Part shown: piece by piece, positions 12,901 to 24,511 of the stretch | Layout of the letters: each line of letters begins with the position of its first letter | Position numbering within the stretch: the first letter of the stretch is position 1 | NCBI GenBank assembly: GCA_963514005.1 | Contig: OY740807.1 | Location: 29,264,001 to 29,328,000, forward strand | DNA: 64,000 nt | From: Raja brachyura | Lineage: Eukaryota | Reading direction: 5' to 3' | Translations under genes and position numbers: made by a program | Notes under the pieces: generated by a model | Told to the model about the DNA's origin: nothing | What the model saw: the letters and a program-made list of their open reading frames with translations, nothing else | The model's database searches: none

Positions 12901-15900
12901 TGCCTCCTGCACGATGGTGGCAACAAGAAAAGGTGTAGCCCAGATGGTGGGGATCCTTGATGATATATGCTGCCTTTTCGAGGCAGTGCCTCCGGATGCT
13001 TTTGAGGGTAGGGAGCTGTGCCCAGGTTAAATGCAACCCTCTATGCAGCTTCTTGCATTCCAGTGTATTGGAAATGGTGGAGCAGGCCATTATACAACCA
13101 GTCAGGATAATCTCTGCAGAGTCACCTGGTGACATGCCAAATCTCTTTAAACGTCTAAGAAAATTGAGATGCTGCCACATCTTATGTGCTGGGCCCTGGG
13201 CAGGTCACCTGAGATGTTAAAGCCCAACAGTTTGAAGGTGACAATTCTCTTCACCACCAAAGAAAACTGGATGTGGTCTCCTGACTTTCCCCTGAAGGCA
13301 CCAATTAGTGCCTTGGTTTAGTTGAAGCTGCACGTTGTGAAGCGGCTCCACTTAACCAGGTGTTTGTGGTCTGAATGTGGCATTTAAGCAGACTAGCTGG
13401 CCTTCAGAATGATTCAATTAAGAACTCAGGCAATTCATGAATCACCTAAAGATATGCCTTCCTAAGATTCATAGACGGGGAAAGATTGTCTACATCAGGG
13501 AAAGATTGTCCACATATTGAAACAAACCCCGATTTGAAAATCTTTAATACCTTTGCTATTTTTTTAAAATATAAGTCATGTTGGAATTCCTAACATAGAT
13601 CTTGTGTAGAGGCATATTGGTATTTCTTTCCAAAATAGAAAACCTCAAAACCCGCTGCAAGTTCCAAGGGTGATGAAGCATTGGGTGCCCGTCAACATCC
13701 AGGATACAATGTGCCAATTTTTTGTGCAATAGGTGAATACATGAGGGAGTTTAGCTTACAGCAATCAATGGAAGACCACCAAATATAATTTGGTTTCTTT
13801 ACAGATCAACTAGGGAAATTGGTATGTGAATGTGCTGGATCCATATAAGTCCTGGGAGAATACAATCACAATAATACTTTATTAGCCAAGTATGTTTTGT
13901 AACATATGAGGAATTTCATCTGCCAAGTCAGTCATACAAATAAAAAGCAATGGAACACACAAAATACATTTTAACATAAACATAGAAAATAGGTGCAGGA
14001 GTAGGCCATTCGGCCCTTCAAGCCTGCACCGCCATTCAATAACATCATGGCTGATCATCCAACTCAGTATCCTGTACCTGCCTTCTCTCCATACCCCCTG
14101 ACCACTTTAGCCACAAGGGCCACATTGTAACTCCCTCTTAAATATAGCCAACGAACTGGCCTCTACTACCTTCTGTGGCAGAGAATTCCAGAGATTCACC
14201 ACTCTCCACCACAGTTTCTCCTCCACATTCCTCACAATGATGGAAGGCGAACAGAAATCTTCAAATCTCTTCCCTTCTTTCCTTTCCCGTGGTCACGGGC
14301 CTCGAGCCCTCTGTTGACAGGACGATCTTGACTCCCGTAGCCAGCGGTGTTTTGGCCCCCCGCATCTGGGCGATTAGCTCCTGCATCGGGGGGGGGGGGG
14401 GGGGGGATGTCAGCTACCCCGCGCCAGGCGATCAAACCCCGCGTCGGGGCTGGTCGAACCTCTGTGTCATTGGAGCTCCCGACTAGTCTCTCCCGAGACT
14501 GCTAGCTCCCAATTAAAGTCCGCAGGCCGCGGTTTGAGCGATCCCAGGCAAGGGATTGACTCCAATGTTAAGTCCGCGGTGGGGCCAAAATACAGTCCGA
14601 GGAGGCCTCCAGCTCCATCGATGGTAGGACGCAGAGCGACCGGAGATGCAATCCGGGAAATAATCGCATCTCAGGCAAGGTAAAAAACTGAAAAAAAGTT
14701 TCCCCCGCTCCCCTCCCCCCACATAAAACAAACCAGAGAACAGTTACAAGGCATTTAAAACGCACTAAAAATTAAAAAGAGACGAAAAAACAGACTGTTG
14801 GCGGGGCGCCAATCGTGTGGCGCTCTTGGTGGTACTGGCTCTTCCTTGTAATTGGATATTTACAAAAACAACTCTTCGCCCCATTTGCTTCAGGCATTAG
14901 AGAAGTCTGTGTTTTCAACATGTGACTTTATCTCTGGGTTTACACCTCTGAGTAAGTTTGGTCAACATTTCCTTTCCTGGTTTGCAGAAGCTCGCTACTG
15001 ACGCAACCTGGATAATTGCAACAAGCCAGCTTCCTGCCCATGTCATCTCAATTTATAGCATCATCATTATTTATTTGTAACAGGTTGCAGCCTGTAATGA
15101 TAATAGAAACAGGTCACTTGTCTTCCCCACATAATCCTGATGATTCTAGGCTTTTTAATTTACATTTGTTGCCCATATCTACACAGTGCAGTGTTCCTAG
15201 GGCATTCTGTAGAGTTTTCCACTTATTTGTTGACTCCACTGAACCAACCACAAGGGGAATGACAGGACAGCTGTAGACATGCGACCACAGGAGCGTGACT
15301 CATAGATCCTGGTCTCGTGTTGTGAATCATTTGCTCTGTTACATGTAGGTTTTCTTACAGCTCTGTGTTAATCTTTTTATCTTTGTGTTGGAGATTCAAA
15401 TCAACAGCCCTCTATTTTTTTTTAGAATGAATTACTTGATTTGTTATGTGTCAATAGACATTAGGTGCAGGAGTAGGCCATTCGGCCCTTCGAGCCAGCA
15501 CCGCCATTCAATGTGATGATGGCTGATTATCCCCAATCAGTACCCCGTTCCTGCCTTCTCCACATATTCCATGACTCCACTATCTTTAAGAGCCCTATCC
15601 AGCTCTCTCATGAAAGTATCCAGAGAACCGGCCTCCACCGACTCACAACTCTCTGTGTGAAAAAGTGTTTCCTCGTCTCCGTTCTAACTGGCTTGCCCCT
15701 TATTCTTAAACTGTGGCCCCTGGTTCTGGACTCCCCCAACATCGGGAACACGTTTCCTGAATCTAGTGTGTCCAAACCCTTAATAATCTTATATGTTTCA
15801 ATAGATCTCCACTCATCTTTCTAAACTCCAGAGTATACATGCCCAGCCGCTCCCTTCTCTCAGCATATGACAGTGTTTGCTCTCTTTCATGCTAATGAAT

Positions 15901-18900
15901 CACCACCAATCCAGTAAATCTTTTGCAGCTAGTTTCTAGAGCTAATTTCCTCTCTAACCTTTGACCACCTCCACCATTTATAAGCACCTTTTTCAAAGAT
16001 CAAGGTGACTCTCTGCCAACTGCAATCCTTTTCGGTTTCCTGCCTGAATCAACGGGGCAGGTCATAGGGTTGTCTTGCCAACAGCATGTCACTAACTATC
16101 AACTTTTGGCTACTGCCTCACCATTTTACTGGAAGCTGATCCAATAATTTGAGTTGAAATGCAATTATTTTCCGGATTGTATCTCCGGTCGCTCTGCAGC
16201 CTACCATCGATGGATCGATTTTTACTCTGTATCTCACGCCACAATTGCTGCCTGACCTGTTGGGTATTTCAAGCATTTTAAATTTTTATGTATGCACTGA
16301 TCTTGATTTAGATCAGCCTGTGGGGTGGAAGATTGCAGCCTTCACGTGGTCCGCCCAGTTTCAACGAATGCAATCAACCAGGCGTGCACAATCAAATAAG
16401 ATCAAATAGAACAAGTTGTCCTACACCTTTAGGCTGTGCACGCCATACGCACGAAGATCAGCCTGAGAGATGGAGAATGTGAAATGATTTGGGGATTCTT
16501 ACATCACATGCAGTTGAAAGACCAACCTTGACAAAGCCATGCCCCAGCAAAGCCAGGTGTCAGATAGTTGTTATCCCAGCACATTCCCGAAAATGTGCTC
16601 AGCAATTTTAAGGTCTGACGTATAAGTGTGGACATTTGGAATATTTTAACCTTAGAAATTTCTTTTAACTACATATAATACAATATATTTATTTGCAGTC
16701 CACCTAATGCCATTTTGTGTCCATGCACCAGAATGGAGAAGACCAGTTCTCAATATTATCCTTAACTTAAGAAAGACAAACAGGTTATCACAGTAATGTC
16801 TCTAAGGGCTCACATATATGAATAACATAGGTTGGTGATATTATTTAGGGAGACACAGTAGACAGAGCTCCGCTACGACAAATATCAGTTGCATTGGGAT
16901 ACATAAGCGATAAATGTTTTTTTTTTAATATATATATTTTTTATTAGAGTAGGTAAGCAGTACATTAGCAAACACATATTATGATAGTAATATTTCGTGT
17001 GCAACAATCATACATTATTAATATTATCAAATGAATAATTTTGTCTCTAATAAAACACTTTTTTTTAAAGAGAGAGAAACAGAGAGAAAAATAAAATATA
17101 AGTCAAAAAGAAATCATGAAGAATGGAATAATTTACCATTAATACGTCATTGGAGATAAGATCAAGGAATATAGAATATAACTTTTCATCTAATCCTGAG
17201 TCCAAATTTCAGTTAGGGTTCCCTGCCGAACCGATCTACCCTTTTAAGTAATCAATGAAAGAAGACCATATTCTATAGAACAAAGGGATAAATGTTGACC
17301 TAAATCTTCTCATTCTTCCTAATATCGGTCTCTGTATTTCTTTGTTTTTTAGATTCTGGTGGAAAAACAAAGGAGTTTTTACTGCTAAGCAACAGCAGGC
17401 TCTTCAACAGGTCTCATTCTCTGCCTTCATCTGTGATAATACCAGGATTGAAAATGTTCCTTGGGATGTACTTACATTCAGACCATACCCAGAAGCTTTT
17501 GTCAGGTGTGATCACATACAACGAGTGGACCTGAGGGCCTGGAGAGAAATGATTGATGGTATGTTGCTAATAAACCTTCAGTTAGTTCAGATATTTGGTT
17601 TGAATCATGCTGGCAGTGGAACCTCATGTTCACCCTATTTATGCTCTAGACAAAAAATAATTAAAAAGACTAAAAAATAAATAAGTAAATATAAAGATAG
17701 AAATAAGCCCTATTTTTGCCCCAGACACTAGACAGTGGGCATGCATTGAGTCTGGCGCTCACCGAAAGATTGGCAGAACTTATTCTGTCAAGCTTACGAT
17801 GCCACTGGACTCTACGTGGAGTCCTACGGCACGGCTCTGTAATGTTAATTTACGGTGTTTCACTGCAAAATTGTTTCTCAGGTTCCTCGCCCGTTCAAAC
17901 TCAGCGTTGAAACTTGATGAGGTCATCGGTTTAAACGGGGATTGTTAGATAAAACGGCGGGAGGTAGTTGGGAAAATATGTTACTTCACTTGATTTTAAA
18001 TTTATTTTGCCAACTTGATCTTTACTTTCTAACTTATTATTTCAACTATGAATGGTTCTTAATTATCCCTAAATGCCATTTACAAATTGTTAAAATCTCT
18101 TCCAACTCTGACAGTAGGGAAAACACACCGCTGGCTTTGTCTGTGGTCAGAGACAGGAGCTTTCCTCAATGGTCTAACCATTCCCTGGACAACATCACTG
18201 GACTCCACTGGGCAGAGAGCCAATCTGACAGCCTTCCACATCCAGCCCATGGTCAGTGCAATCATGCAGTGACCACAGGCACCAAGTCTAGGTTGACACA
18301 GTTATTTTTGTCCTAAAACTAAGATCAATGTGGTCAAATGGTGATGGCTCTTAACATTGAAGTAAATTCTGATTCTGACCTCTTAATAACACAAAGCTGG
18401 GTGGCAGTGGGAGCTGCGAGGAGGATGCTATGAGGATGCAGGGTGACTTGGATAGGTTGGGTGAGTGGGCAGATGCAGTATAATGTGGATAAATGTGAAG
18501 TTATCCACTTTGGCGGCAAAAACAAGGCGGCAGATTATTTACTGAATGGTATCAGATTAGGAAAAGGGGAGGTACCACGAGACCTGGGTGTCCTTGTACA
18601 TCAGTCACTGAAAGTAAGTATGCAAGTACAGCAAAATGTTCCCAATATTGGGGGAGTCCAGAACCAGGGGTCACAGTTTAAGAATAAGGGGTAGGTCATT
18701 TAGAACGGAGATGAGGAAAAACTTTTTCACCCAGAGAGTTGTGAATCTGTGGAATTCTCTGCCACAGAAGGCAGTGGATGCTAATTCGTTGGATGTATTC
18801 GAGGAGAGTTAGATATAGCTCTAAGGGCTAATGGAATTAAGGGATATGGGGAGAAAGCAGGAACGGGTGACTGATTTTGGATGATTGGCCATGATCATAT

Positions 18901-20961
18901 TGAATGGCGGTGCTGGCTCGAGGGGCTGAATGGCCTACTCCTGCACCTATTTTCTATGTTTCTTGATTATCCCCAGTTTTTAATGCTGCACTATAAGCTT
19001 AGTTTTGAAATTACTTCCCCGATTCTCTCAGTCTCTCTTTCCTCCTGTAAACACTCCTTTAAATGAACTTCTTTGATCAAGCATTTGCCTATCCGTCCAA
19101 TTATTTCCTTTGCTAATCTTCTGTCTTTCACTATGTTAAACTCACTTGTTCAACTTCAATATTTACACAACTTTTCTGAAGTGTTCTTTCTTACATTTAG
19201 AACATTCAGTCACTTTCCAGATCACTTTTCAAAACTTTAATTTATGTGATTGATATGTAACTGAAACACTTTAAACTACTGTTCAATTTTATACTTCAGA
19301 TGATTCCAACAACAATGCTGACAAAATCAGTTAAATGGATTAGGTTCAAAGATATTATCTAGCTAAGTACCGTGTAAAAAAAAAAAAGATCAGCATTTTA
19401 ATCTACTTTATAAATTATCAGTAGTATTTAACTTTAATCCGGTTCCTTTTCACTCTGTATGTAAACATCTTCTCAAGTCTGAGGTAATCTGTCAAAGACC
19501 CATGAAACACTTTACTTGTTGTCTTCGTTATATCTCTGCCTTCTTAGGCAGCTCCTTGGGATTAAAGATATATCACTTCCACTTTATTCTCTGTATTTCC
19601 CAGTGCCCAATTTATACATTCTGTAACCTGCAGAGTCTATGGTGCAGCAAATCTGTAACAGAGTGAGTTGGAGAAAATTATGGAGACGGCATAATGTTTC
19701 AACTATCTATGTCGGGTGCCTATGTGCTCAGGATGAAAGGATGAGATTCTCAGAGCCACCTAGATAGACTCTTCTCCGCTTTAAATAGTCACGGGTCATT
19801 ATCACAGTCAGTGATAATATGACAGTTTTTCCAAGGAAGATGTAGAATTATACTTAAGTAATTTCTTCTATCCACTTCATAATCTCTGCTGTGACAGATC
19901 TTGGAGCAGAGTGTCTGTTTCGTGAGCCTGGTGTCAGGCATACAAATAAGATGGCCTGTCCAAGCGACCCAGCTATGTGTAATTAAGCCTCAGTCACACT
20001 GACCCTGGTTCACATGGCTTGCCAGTAGATTTGTAAGATTTTGCTGAGACAGTATCAGTGATTCGTACAGTGCTTTGAAGTGTCTGTTGTGTTTTATGTC
20101 TCAGAAACATAGAGGAAGGCACAGATAACAGCTGCCTTGCAGCTCGGGGACCTTCAGTTGGGTTTGAGACCCCAGTCTCACACACTCTTCTACTCAAGTA
20201 GCTCAGGTTGCATTGAGGCACTGTGAGGCAATTGTGGAGTTCATCACCAGTGGCTGTCTTTGTTCTTTCTGCACTGACCGCCACTTACACTTATGATCCA
20301 GAATCACCTACATCTAAACTGGAAAAAACAACTATTTAATTTCAGTCAGTCTTATTGATAGTCAAAGGAAAGAGTTCCTCTTAAATATTCAACAACAGTT
20401 CAGATTATATTGATGTAAAGTCCATACGATAAGGACAGTGCTTATAATTTGACAAATGCTTATTCAGCTATTCCTTGGAACGCTAAACCTCTCTTTAATA
20501 ACAGCTTCCATTTCTTTTCTTTACAGGAACCTCTTGTGGAGCCATCCCTTTGGTCTCTCATGCCCATTTTTCAGTCTGCGAATCCTTGGTCACATACACC
20601 TGCCGACCTGGATTCGAACTGGTGGGAGGAGACACGATAAAATGCCTGAGCAATGGACTGTGGAACTCTGCACCACCTACTTGTACTGGTAAGAACAAAA
20701 AACCACTGGGGAAGGAAATATATTTAATCTTGCATTCTGCAATAAATTCTCTGTCACGTCACGATAAAAGTTATGTTTCTTTAGCATGTGCCAAATTTGA
20801 TGAGCGTAACCATGGTCATATTAAAAAATATATTTTCAGAACTTCCTGGAAACTTGGACAAAATACCAAATGAAGATGAAAATGAACTTGACTCAGCAGA
20901 ATTGGACCAGGTTACAGACTTTGTTGATGGTTCAGGAGATAGTCATTGGGCTGCAGTCTAA
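777..20961 (+). CDS. Gene A: heme peroxidase (EPX/MPO/TPO-like) with C-terminal Sushi domain, 5'-partial; join(777..983,6744..7086,8195..8355,9367..9625,11151..11321,11607..11844,17353..17558,20527..20688,20840..20961)
   Basis: Peroxidase motifs [67 protein letters not shown]. All introns GT-AG with matching phases; exons sum to 1869 nt (623 codons including stop). Confidence 0.93.
1025..1330 (+). mobile_element. tRNA-derived V-SINE/HE1-like SINE
   Basis: tRNA-like head (gattcgatcc B box) and central tttgtacattctccctgtg..gtggattttct domain. Confidence 0.8.
2100..2158. repeat. Short tandem repeat of ctgtgat / ctgtgatcaaaaa units
   Basis: Directly visible. Confidence 0.85.
2605..3410 (-). mobile_element. 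GC/CpG-rich non-autonomous retroelement-like repeat; related segments at about 14210-14835 (-) and 63540-64000 (+)
   Basis: Shared layout (G tract, cggcctaccatc motif, LINE-like 3' end aatttcactgcacc...gtgacaaaa); its ORFs have no recognisable protein features. Confidence 0.55.
4460..5990 (-). mobile_element. CR1 LINE 3' fragment with (atagaaac)n tail, interrupted by a MITE
   Basis: CR1 RT C-terminal peptides [54 protein letters not shown]. Confidence 0.88.
4847..5548. mobile_element. PIF/Harbinger-type MITE (TIR agggNNtgtcccact, TTA TSD) inserted in a CR1 fragment
   Basis: tta|aggggttgtcccact ... agtgggacaggccct|tta. Confidence 0.85.
6744..7086 (+). CDS. Gene A exon (343 nt), CLPFTRS...[18 protein letters not shown] (Ca-binding loop)...IPCMHAG
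   Basis: cctcag|gta acceptor, gctg|gtaaga donor; open frame. Confidence 0.9.
7193..7417. mobile_element. Harbinger-type MITE, TAA TSD, internal aggtcgt repeats
   Basis: taa|agggattgtcccacttt ... aaagtgggacagggcct|taa. Confidence 0.85.
7440..7934 (-). mobile_element. L1/Tx1-like LINE 3' end, 5'-truncated, with poly(A) and ~13-bp TSD
   Basis: ORF2 C-terminal-like peptide [19 protein letters not shown]...LHLEKIRF...IWSPFI; TSD tactgca(t/c)attta at 7427 and 7935. Confidence 0.8.
8195..8355 (+). CDS. Gene A exon (161 nt), [11 protein letters not shown]...[10 protein letters not shown]...GAFHQ (distal Arg and heme Glu)
   Basis: cctag|gc acceptor, cag|gtgaag donor. Confidence 0.95.
9367..9625 (+). 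CDS. Gene A exon (259 nt), [10 protein letters not shown]...[12 protein letters not shown] (proximal His)
   Basis: caacag|att acceptor, gaag|gtctgt donor. Confidence 0.94.
9918..10200 (+). mobile_element. V-SINE/HE1-like SINE
   Basis: tggcacagcggtagag A box, ggttcgatcc B box, CR1-like tail. Confidence 0.85.
11151..11321 (+). CDS. Gene A exon (171 nt), [10 protein letters not shown]...[16 protein letters not shown] (absent from the ORF track)
   Basis: Translated by hand; ttgtttag|ga acceptor, caag|gtaata donor. Confidence 0.94.
11607..11844 (+). CDS. Gene A exon (238 nt), [11 protein letters not shown]...NLRDGDR
   Basis: atccag|gt acceptor, acag|gtaaca donor. Confidence 0.95.
12820..13330 (-). 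mobile_element. Degraded Rex1-like LINE 3' fragment
   Basis: [15 protein letters not shown]...ILTGCIMA...IIKDPHHLG peptide. Confidence 0.7.
15455..15875 (-). mobile_element. CR1 LINE 3' fragment
   Basis: ggtgcaggagtaggccattcggcccttcgagcc 3'-UTR motif shared with other copies. Confidence 0.8.
16321..16454 (+). mobile_element. Short ~135-bp retroposon with 11-bp TSD AGATCAGCCTG
   Basis: TSD at 16310 and 16455; reversed copy at 26155-26296. Confidence 0.8.
16919..17286 (-). mobile_element. L1/Tx1-like LINE 3' end with 10-bp TSD GATAAATGTT
   Basis: T-rich tail; similar to 7440-7770; TSD at 16909 and 17287. Confidence 0.72.
17353..17558 (+). CDS. Gene A exon (206 nt), FWWKNKGVF...ICDNTRI...[11 protein letters not shown]
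   Basis: tttttag|a acceptor, gatg|gtatgt donor. Confidence 0.93.
18395..18965 (+). mobile_element. CR1 LINE 3' fragment with internal deletion
   Basis: [19 protein letters not shown] peptide; typical 3' end. Confidence 0.85.
19520..20310 (-). mobile_element. Degraded RTE-like LINE fragment
   Basis: Remnant of the RTE C-terminal GH...MPDTRL.KQ motif on the minus strand near 19910-19960. Confidence 0.5.
20527..20688 (+). CDS. Gene A exon (162 nt), Sushi/CCP domain CGAIP...VC...[30 protein letters not shown]
   Basis: CCP consensus (YxCxxGxxLxG...CxxxGxW...PxC); symmetric phase 1-1 exon, ttacag|ga and actg|gtaaga. Confidence 0.92.
20840..20961 (+). CDS. Gene A putative terminal exon, acidic tail [40 protein letters not shown]
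   Basis: tattttcag|aa acceptor 151 nt after the Sushi donor; the phase-1 frame is open for 40 codons to TAA; AATAAA at about 21519. Confidence 0.65.
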
Positions 20962-22544
20962 TACCAAACGTATTTAGCCTGGCAGAAATGAAATAGGGGA
21001 GGTGGAAACTGGATTAAAGCTCAGGGTTTCCTGGATGAAGATGAAATTTATCACTCGTTATTGCAAATATGAGCTCAGCCACTACGTGCATTCTGCTGAG
21101 GTCCAGGAAAAGTACGTGTCTAGAAGACAGGAATTTCCCACACTCCATCTGTAGTAGGTTGATCATTAGCAGTGCACTCAGTCACCAGTTCAAGATCTTT
21201 TGATTCCAGACCTGGTATTTTATGTTCATTTGATCCAGTGATATGAGTAACACTGACAAGGCAGCAAATATTGTGCATGGTAGTTGCTGGGAGAGCATGG
21301 TTGGCCTTTCTGGAACCTCTGCCTACTATGGTATGCTACCAATCACCAAATTATAATTTTAGTTAATCTAATGATTTTCACCAAGGGATATTGAAGAGAC
21401 TGTTCACACCAGCATGTTGTATGATTAAATGGGAGATTGGAGTTCTGATGATCTCAAGGTAATGCTGCTGATAGCTTCCTGGGATATGTTGGTTGTCTGT
21501 TCCCTGTAATTTCACTACAATAAAACCACCAGGAAGTTAAGACTCTGTTCTTCCCATCCTATTACTCCAACACTTGCAGAGAGTTGATTCCAAACATTTA
21601 GTGTCCAGTACAGAGTGCTATATAAAATATATTCTCTGAAGTTGGTTACTTCCTCTATGAAATTAACACCCTCCCCTCCCCCTGAACTCAACAAGAACAC
21701 TTTAAACCAGATGATGCAATTCAATGGGGGCATCAGACTCAGTTAGAGCAGGATAGATGAATTGGAGCTATTGTACAAGGCACTTCATGTAATTATCATA
21801 AATGCAGCATTTACAGTTGTTTCTATGTGGATGATACATCAAACTGAAGGTACATCGTTCTAATTAAAACCGAGCTCTGTTCTTGTGTCTCCTATGCCGT
21901 GTTCCCTCCTCCATCAATGAAACTCCTGCTGTTTGTGAGAACTGGCTCGACGAGACTTGCATGTCTCATTTGCCCTCATAGTCATGACGCAAGTTCAATA
22001 ATATTTAATCTGCGGTTGTCTAATGCATGTAATCCTATTTGTAATTTGATTAATTAATCTATTCGTACTCTGGATTAAAGTTGTTCCAAGCTAATACTCT
22101 GCCTTTTTAACTATGACAATAAATTTCTACTGTGATTATCTCTGCTTGTCAACGCTATAAAGTGAAGCAGCATTAAACAATATATTGAATGATGGAGTGG
22201 AAGTGTTCCTGGCATGATGACTTGCACTCATTCTGATAGCTAAGGGAGCATACTCCCTTTCATTCCTTTCTTCATTTCACAAATGTTAAGGTGCCACACC
22301 TGAAAATTTCCCAAAGGGGTTTAGGCATCACGTAACTTGTAAAGCATGCAATTAAATGAACATTAGTTGCAATGATTCTGGACTTGGTGCAGTGTTTAAT
22401 GAAAAGCTTGTTCAATGGAAGTTAAAGCTATTGTATTTGTTTTTTAAGGAAGTCCAACCATGCAGAAAGAGTGCTGCACAATTAATTTTAAAAATGCTTT
22501 AATTATCTTGGATTTAATTATGCTTAATCGGCCTGTCCCACTTA

Positions 22545-22916
22545 AGGGCCTGTCCCACTTTCCCGAGTTATTCAAGAATTCTCCCGAGTTATTCACGAAT
22601 TCTCCTGAGTTTTCAAACTCGCCGAATGTTCGTAACGAATCCGTAGGAGTCCATGGATATATCGTAGCGGCTCGTTGTGCCAGCCGTAGGTACTCAGGGC
22701 TATTTTTTTTACTCGTGGACATTTTTCATCAGGCCAGAAAAACATCCCGAATTACCTGATGCCCCGAGTACCTGCGGCTGGCATAACGAGCTGCTATGAT
22801 ATATCCACGGACTCCTACGGACTCGTTACGAACATTCTGTGAGTTTGAAAACTCAGGAGAATTCGTGAATATCTCAGGAGAATTGGTGAATAACTTGGGA
22901 AAGTGGGACAGGCCCT
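22545..22916. mobile_element. Palindromic Harbinger-type MITE (372 bp, TTA TSD) nested in the TIR of a related MITE (about 22529-23210)
   Basis: tta|agggcctgtcccacttt ... aaagtgggacaggccct|tta; long inverted arms with 21-bp subrepeats. Confidence 0.88.
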
Positions 22917-23730
22917 TTAGGCGATTTTTCAGCCGACTGCCGGCGAATGTCAAGTTGCCGGCAGTCGCCTGAAAAACTGGGAATTGGAACGGCGACTGTC
23001 AGAGTGGAACACACACAAACACATCGCTTCCTTCACCAGCCCATGTGAATTTTTTAGACAGCGCTTCCCCCCCTTGCCCTGTCTAAAAAACATACGGTGC
23101 AAAGCCAAGGTGATATACAGATACACACTGCGATGAACAGGAGGGTTGGCGCTGTAAAAAGACAGCTAAAACACGGTGTACGGTAAGTCCTTTAAAAGGG
23201 GGGGGGGGGAGAATCGCAGAGCAGACTCAATGGGCTGAATGGCCTAATTTGTTTCTATATCTTATGGTCTTATAGTCTACTATATCCTCCCCCCCCATCC
23301 ATTATTATCAGGGGGTCACTGTATATCAAAAATTCAACTGCATTAGCTGCACAAACACTTTTGGCTCCAAGAGCAGATCAGAAGCTTTGTAACCTGTGTT
23401 CAGTCACTTAGCTGGTGATACAACAGGTTTTTCAACATCTCTGAGGCCCACTTATGCTATAACCATATATAACCATATAACAATTACAGCACGGAAACAG
23501 GCCTTCTCGGCCCTTCCAGTCCGTGCCGACCATTTATTTTCCCCTAGTCCCATCTACCTGCACTCAGACCATACCCCTCCATTCCCTTCCCATCTTCTCC
23601 TCTTGCCAAGAAGAGGCACTACCTGCATGCTTCAGCCACAATGTTTGGTACAAAGCAGCTCAGTGAAGTGTTTATGCCACTCACTATCCAAAACACTCAT
23701 TCCTTTTCCTTCCCCTTAATTGAGCAAAAG

Positions 23731-24501
23731 CATCATAAGGTGGGGTTGGATGTAATTGGGTTGGTTGTGGGATATTATCCTCCAAATCTGATCAGAGACT
23801 TAGGGAATGGACAATGGAGCTGATGTTGCTCTTAATTATCAATGTATTCATTTCACATCCATGCAAAGTATCAAATTTCATTTACCTCAGTGCCTTGTTG
23901 TGGCTGCAGGATGTATCATCTACAAAATGCGCTGCAGATATTTTCCCCGTGCAGGTGCTACCCTGAAAGCACCTCTCAAACCTGCAACCTCTATCATTAA
24001 ACCCTTGACTTCACCCTTTTAGCCTTAATCTAACCTTTAACCCCTGACCCTCATCCTTCTCCACTCCAAGAGTCTTATTCAGTTGGAACTTTTCAAAGTC
24101 AAACTATTCATACAATCAGTGATACATCACAGCGTTTTTATTGGTTAATTCCACAACAGAATTACATTGCATCTCAGAAGCATAATCAGATGTGAATTAA
24201 TTTGTTCATTCTTGATTCGGTATCAGTGAGAACATTAATATATTCTAGAATTTTATAATTCTGTTAACCTAAATAATCATTTCATCCTATTTCCACCTAA
24301 AGCCTATGAGCGCCAGCAATGCTTAAGTTGAAGTTGGACTATAAACATCATAAGGTGAGGTTGGATGTGTTTGGATTGGTTGTGTGACATTGTCCTCCAA
24401 ACCTAATCATACTCACAGGGATTGGGCACAGGAGATGTTGCCGTTCGTAATTAGCAATGTATTCTTTTGAAATACAACCAAAGAAGTATCATATTTCGTT
24501 T
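23731..24501. repeat. Diverged direct duplication of ~155 bp (23731-23883 vs 24346-24501) covering the gene B stop region and 3' UTR
   Basis: catcataaggtg(g/a)ggttggatgt...tcctccaaa...caatgtattc...aagtatca aligns by eye in both copies. Confidence 0.8.
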
Positions 24502-24511
24502 GTCAATGAGC
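24489..24511 (-). CDS. Gene B putative terminal coding exon GSLTNEI*
   Basis: ttttatcctgtag|gc is a good acceptor with correct phase; too short to confirm by homology. Confidence 0.55.

Noticed and set aside
22560-22900. 21-bp repeats resembling a CRISPR array or repetitive protein (NSPELF)
   Set aside because: They are adjacent subterminal repeats inside a MITE with no unique spacers, the context is eukaryotic, and there are no cas genes.
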